Shown here: one piece after another, positions 34,762 to 35,570 of the stretch
How positions within the stretch are numbered: the stretch's first letter is position 1
Layout: every line of letters starts with the position of its first letter
Source of the DNA: Bdellovibrionota bacterium
GTDB taxonomy: Bacteria; Bdellovibrionota_C; UBA2361
Direction: 5' to 3'
Length of the DNA stretch: 35,570 bases
Assembly (NCBI GenBank): GCA_044352465.1
Contig: JBILDU010000020.1
Location: forward strand, 1-35,570
Translations under genes and position numbers: made by a program
The notes under the pieces: generated by a model
Databases searched by the model: none
What the model saw: only the letters and a program-made list of their open reading frames with translations
Told to the model about the DNA's origin: nothing

Positions 34762-35570
34762 CTATTGGCGGTCGAGCGTCATGCTGGCTGCGGCGAGATC
34801 TTCCGCTACCGTGAGCCCCATCATCGCCAAGCATTGAGTGGGTTCGGTGCTGTCGATCCCCGGAGGTCCAGAGGGCTCCGGCATGAGGAGGAGCGTCTCG
34901 AGGTCGAGGATAAACGGATCTTCGTAGAGGTCCCAGGAAAAATGGGTGCATTGATCCACCGAAGGGATCATATCGCGAACCTCTGCTGGAGTTTTCCCGA
35001 GCAGTTTGGCGAGGAGGAGAAGAAAATAGCTTCCACAGTTGAGTGAGTTATTATCCCCCGAGCCCCAGATACAGTATTTCCGCCCTCCGAAAAGCTCTTG
35101 CTGGCGCGCCTCGTACCACTCCCAGAATTCCCGGAAACGATCTGGGGAGATCTCGCTTGGTAGTTCCGGTGCGGAAAACGTGCCCCGGCGAGCTTTCGGT
35201 TTACGATAGTCGCTGGGAAAGATCTCGAGATCCCCATTCGAGTTGCCTCCGGCATGAAAACAGAGTCGTTCCGTGTTGGGGCCCTGATCGCCCGGGCAGA
35301 TGAGGGATATATCCAGGCAGAAAATCGGATGGAGGATCGTGCGGCCGAGCGGACAAGCGAAGAAGTCGAATTCGATCCCCGGCCCGATAAACGGTCCTGA
35401 GTAGGAAACCCAGTACTCGAGGTGTGGTCCATCGACTGAGAAGACAGTGCAAGTTGGGTCGAATTTGGGTAGTTCACCGGACGGTCCGGAAGGCGGGCGC
35501 AAGAAATCGGCGTGAGCGGTTGAGAAGAGAAGCATAAATAGAATCGCTGTGCAGGATTGGGCGGCCGATA
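34762..35570 (-). CDS. Secreted cysteine-containing hypothetical protein (5' end probably outside the window)
   Basis: Frame is open to the window edge (SAAQSCTAILFMLLFSTAHA|D, signal-peptide-like); stop at 34762. Confidence 0.7.
   Translation of the reverse strand, partial: SAAQSCTAILFMLLFSTAHADFLRPPSGPSGELPKFDPTCTVFSVDGPHLEYWVSYSGPFIGPGIEFDFFACPLGRTILHPIFCLDISLICPGDQGPNTERLCFHAGGNSNGDLEIFPSDYRKPKARRGTFSAPELPSEISPDRFREFWEWYEARQQELFGGRKYCIWGSGDNNSLNCGSYFLLLLAKLLGKTPAEVRDMIPSVDQCTHFSWDLYEDPFILDLETLLLMPEPSGPPGIDSTEPTQCLAMMGLTVAEDLAAASMTLDRQ

Noticed and set aside
1..35570. CRISPR array, transposase or defence-system genes
   Set aside because: No regularly spaced repeats and no cas, transposase or nuclease-effector motifs were seen.

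Overview
A GC-rich chromosomal window from a diderm bacterium (it carries hldD and an MltB-type transglycosylase). The gene mix suggests a Bdellovibrionota/Myxococcota-like lineage, which is inference only. The left end holds rpmH-rnpA-yidD-yidC, but hldD rather than dnaA lies upstream of rpmH; ctaA, a NUDIX gene and a GT-C glycosyltransferase follow. The most notable element is an ~11 kb translationally coupled Tad/Flp-like pilus operon (8564-19375) with three unusual traits. (1) TadC is fused in frame to a TadG-like pseudopilin through an internal prepilin-type ERG motif. (2) It encodes a PilB/GspE N-terminal region that lacks the ATPase and is fused to a receiver domain, followed by a hybrid histidine kinase. 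(3) No secretin, TadD or prepilin peptidase gene is present in the window. Next come a trypsin-like lipoprotein, an 8-Cys secreted protein, a stand-alone nuoB with a consensus sigma70 promoter and a TerC gene. A housekeeping block follows (mltB, receiver, tmk, holB, MetRS-C domain, tatD, MBL hydrolase, holA, tRNA-Phe). The right end has a perfect 17-bp-arm palindrome, GNAT/SRPBCC genes, an Lrp/AsnC remnant, a HEAT-repeat protein, a 32-aa membrane microprotein and a second TerC gene with a structured leader. All calls come from motif recognition by eye; no searches were run.
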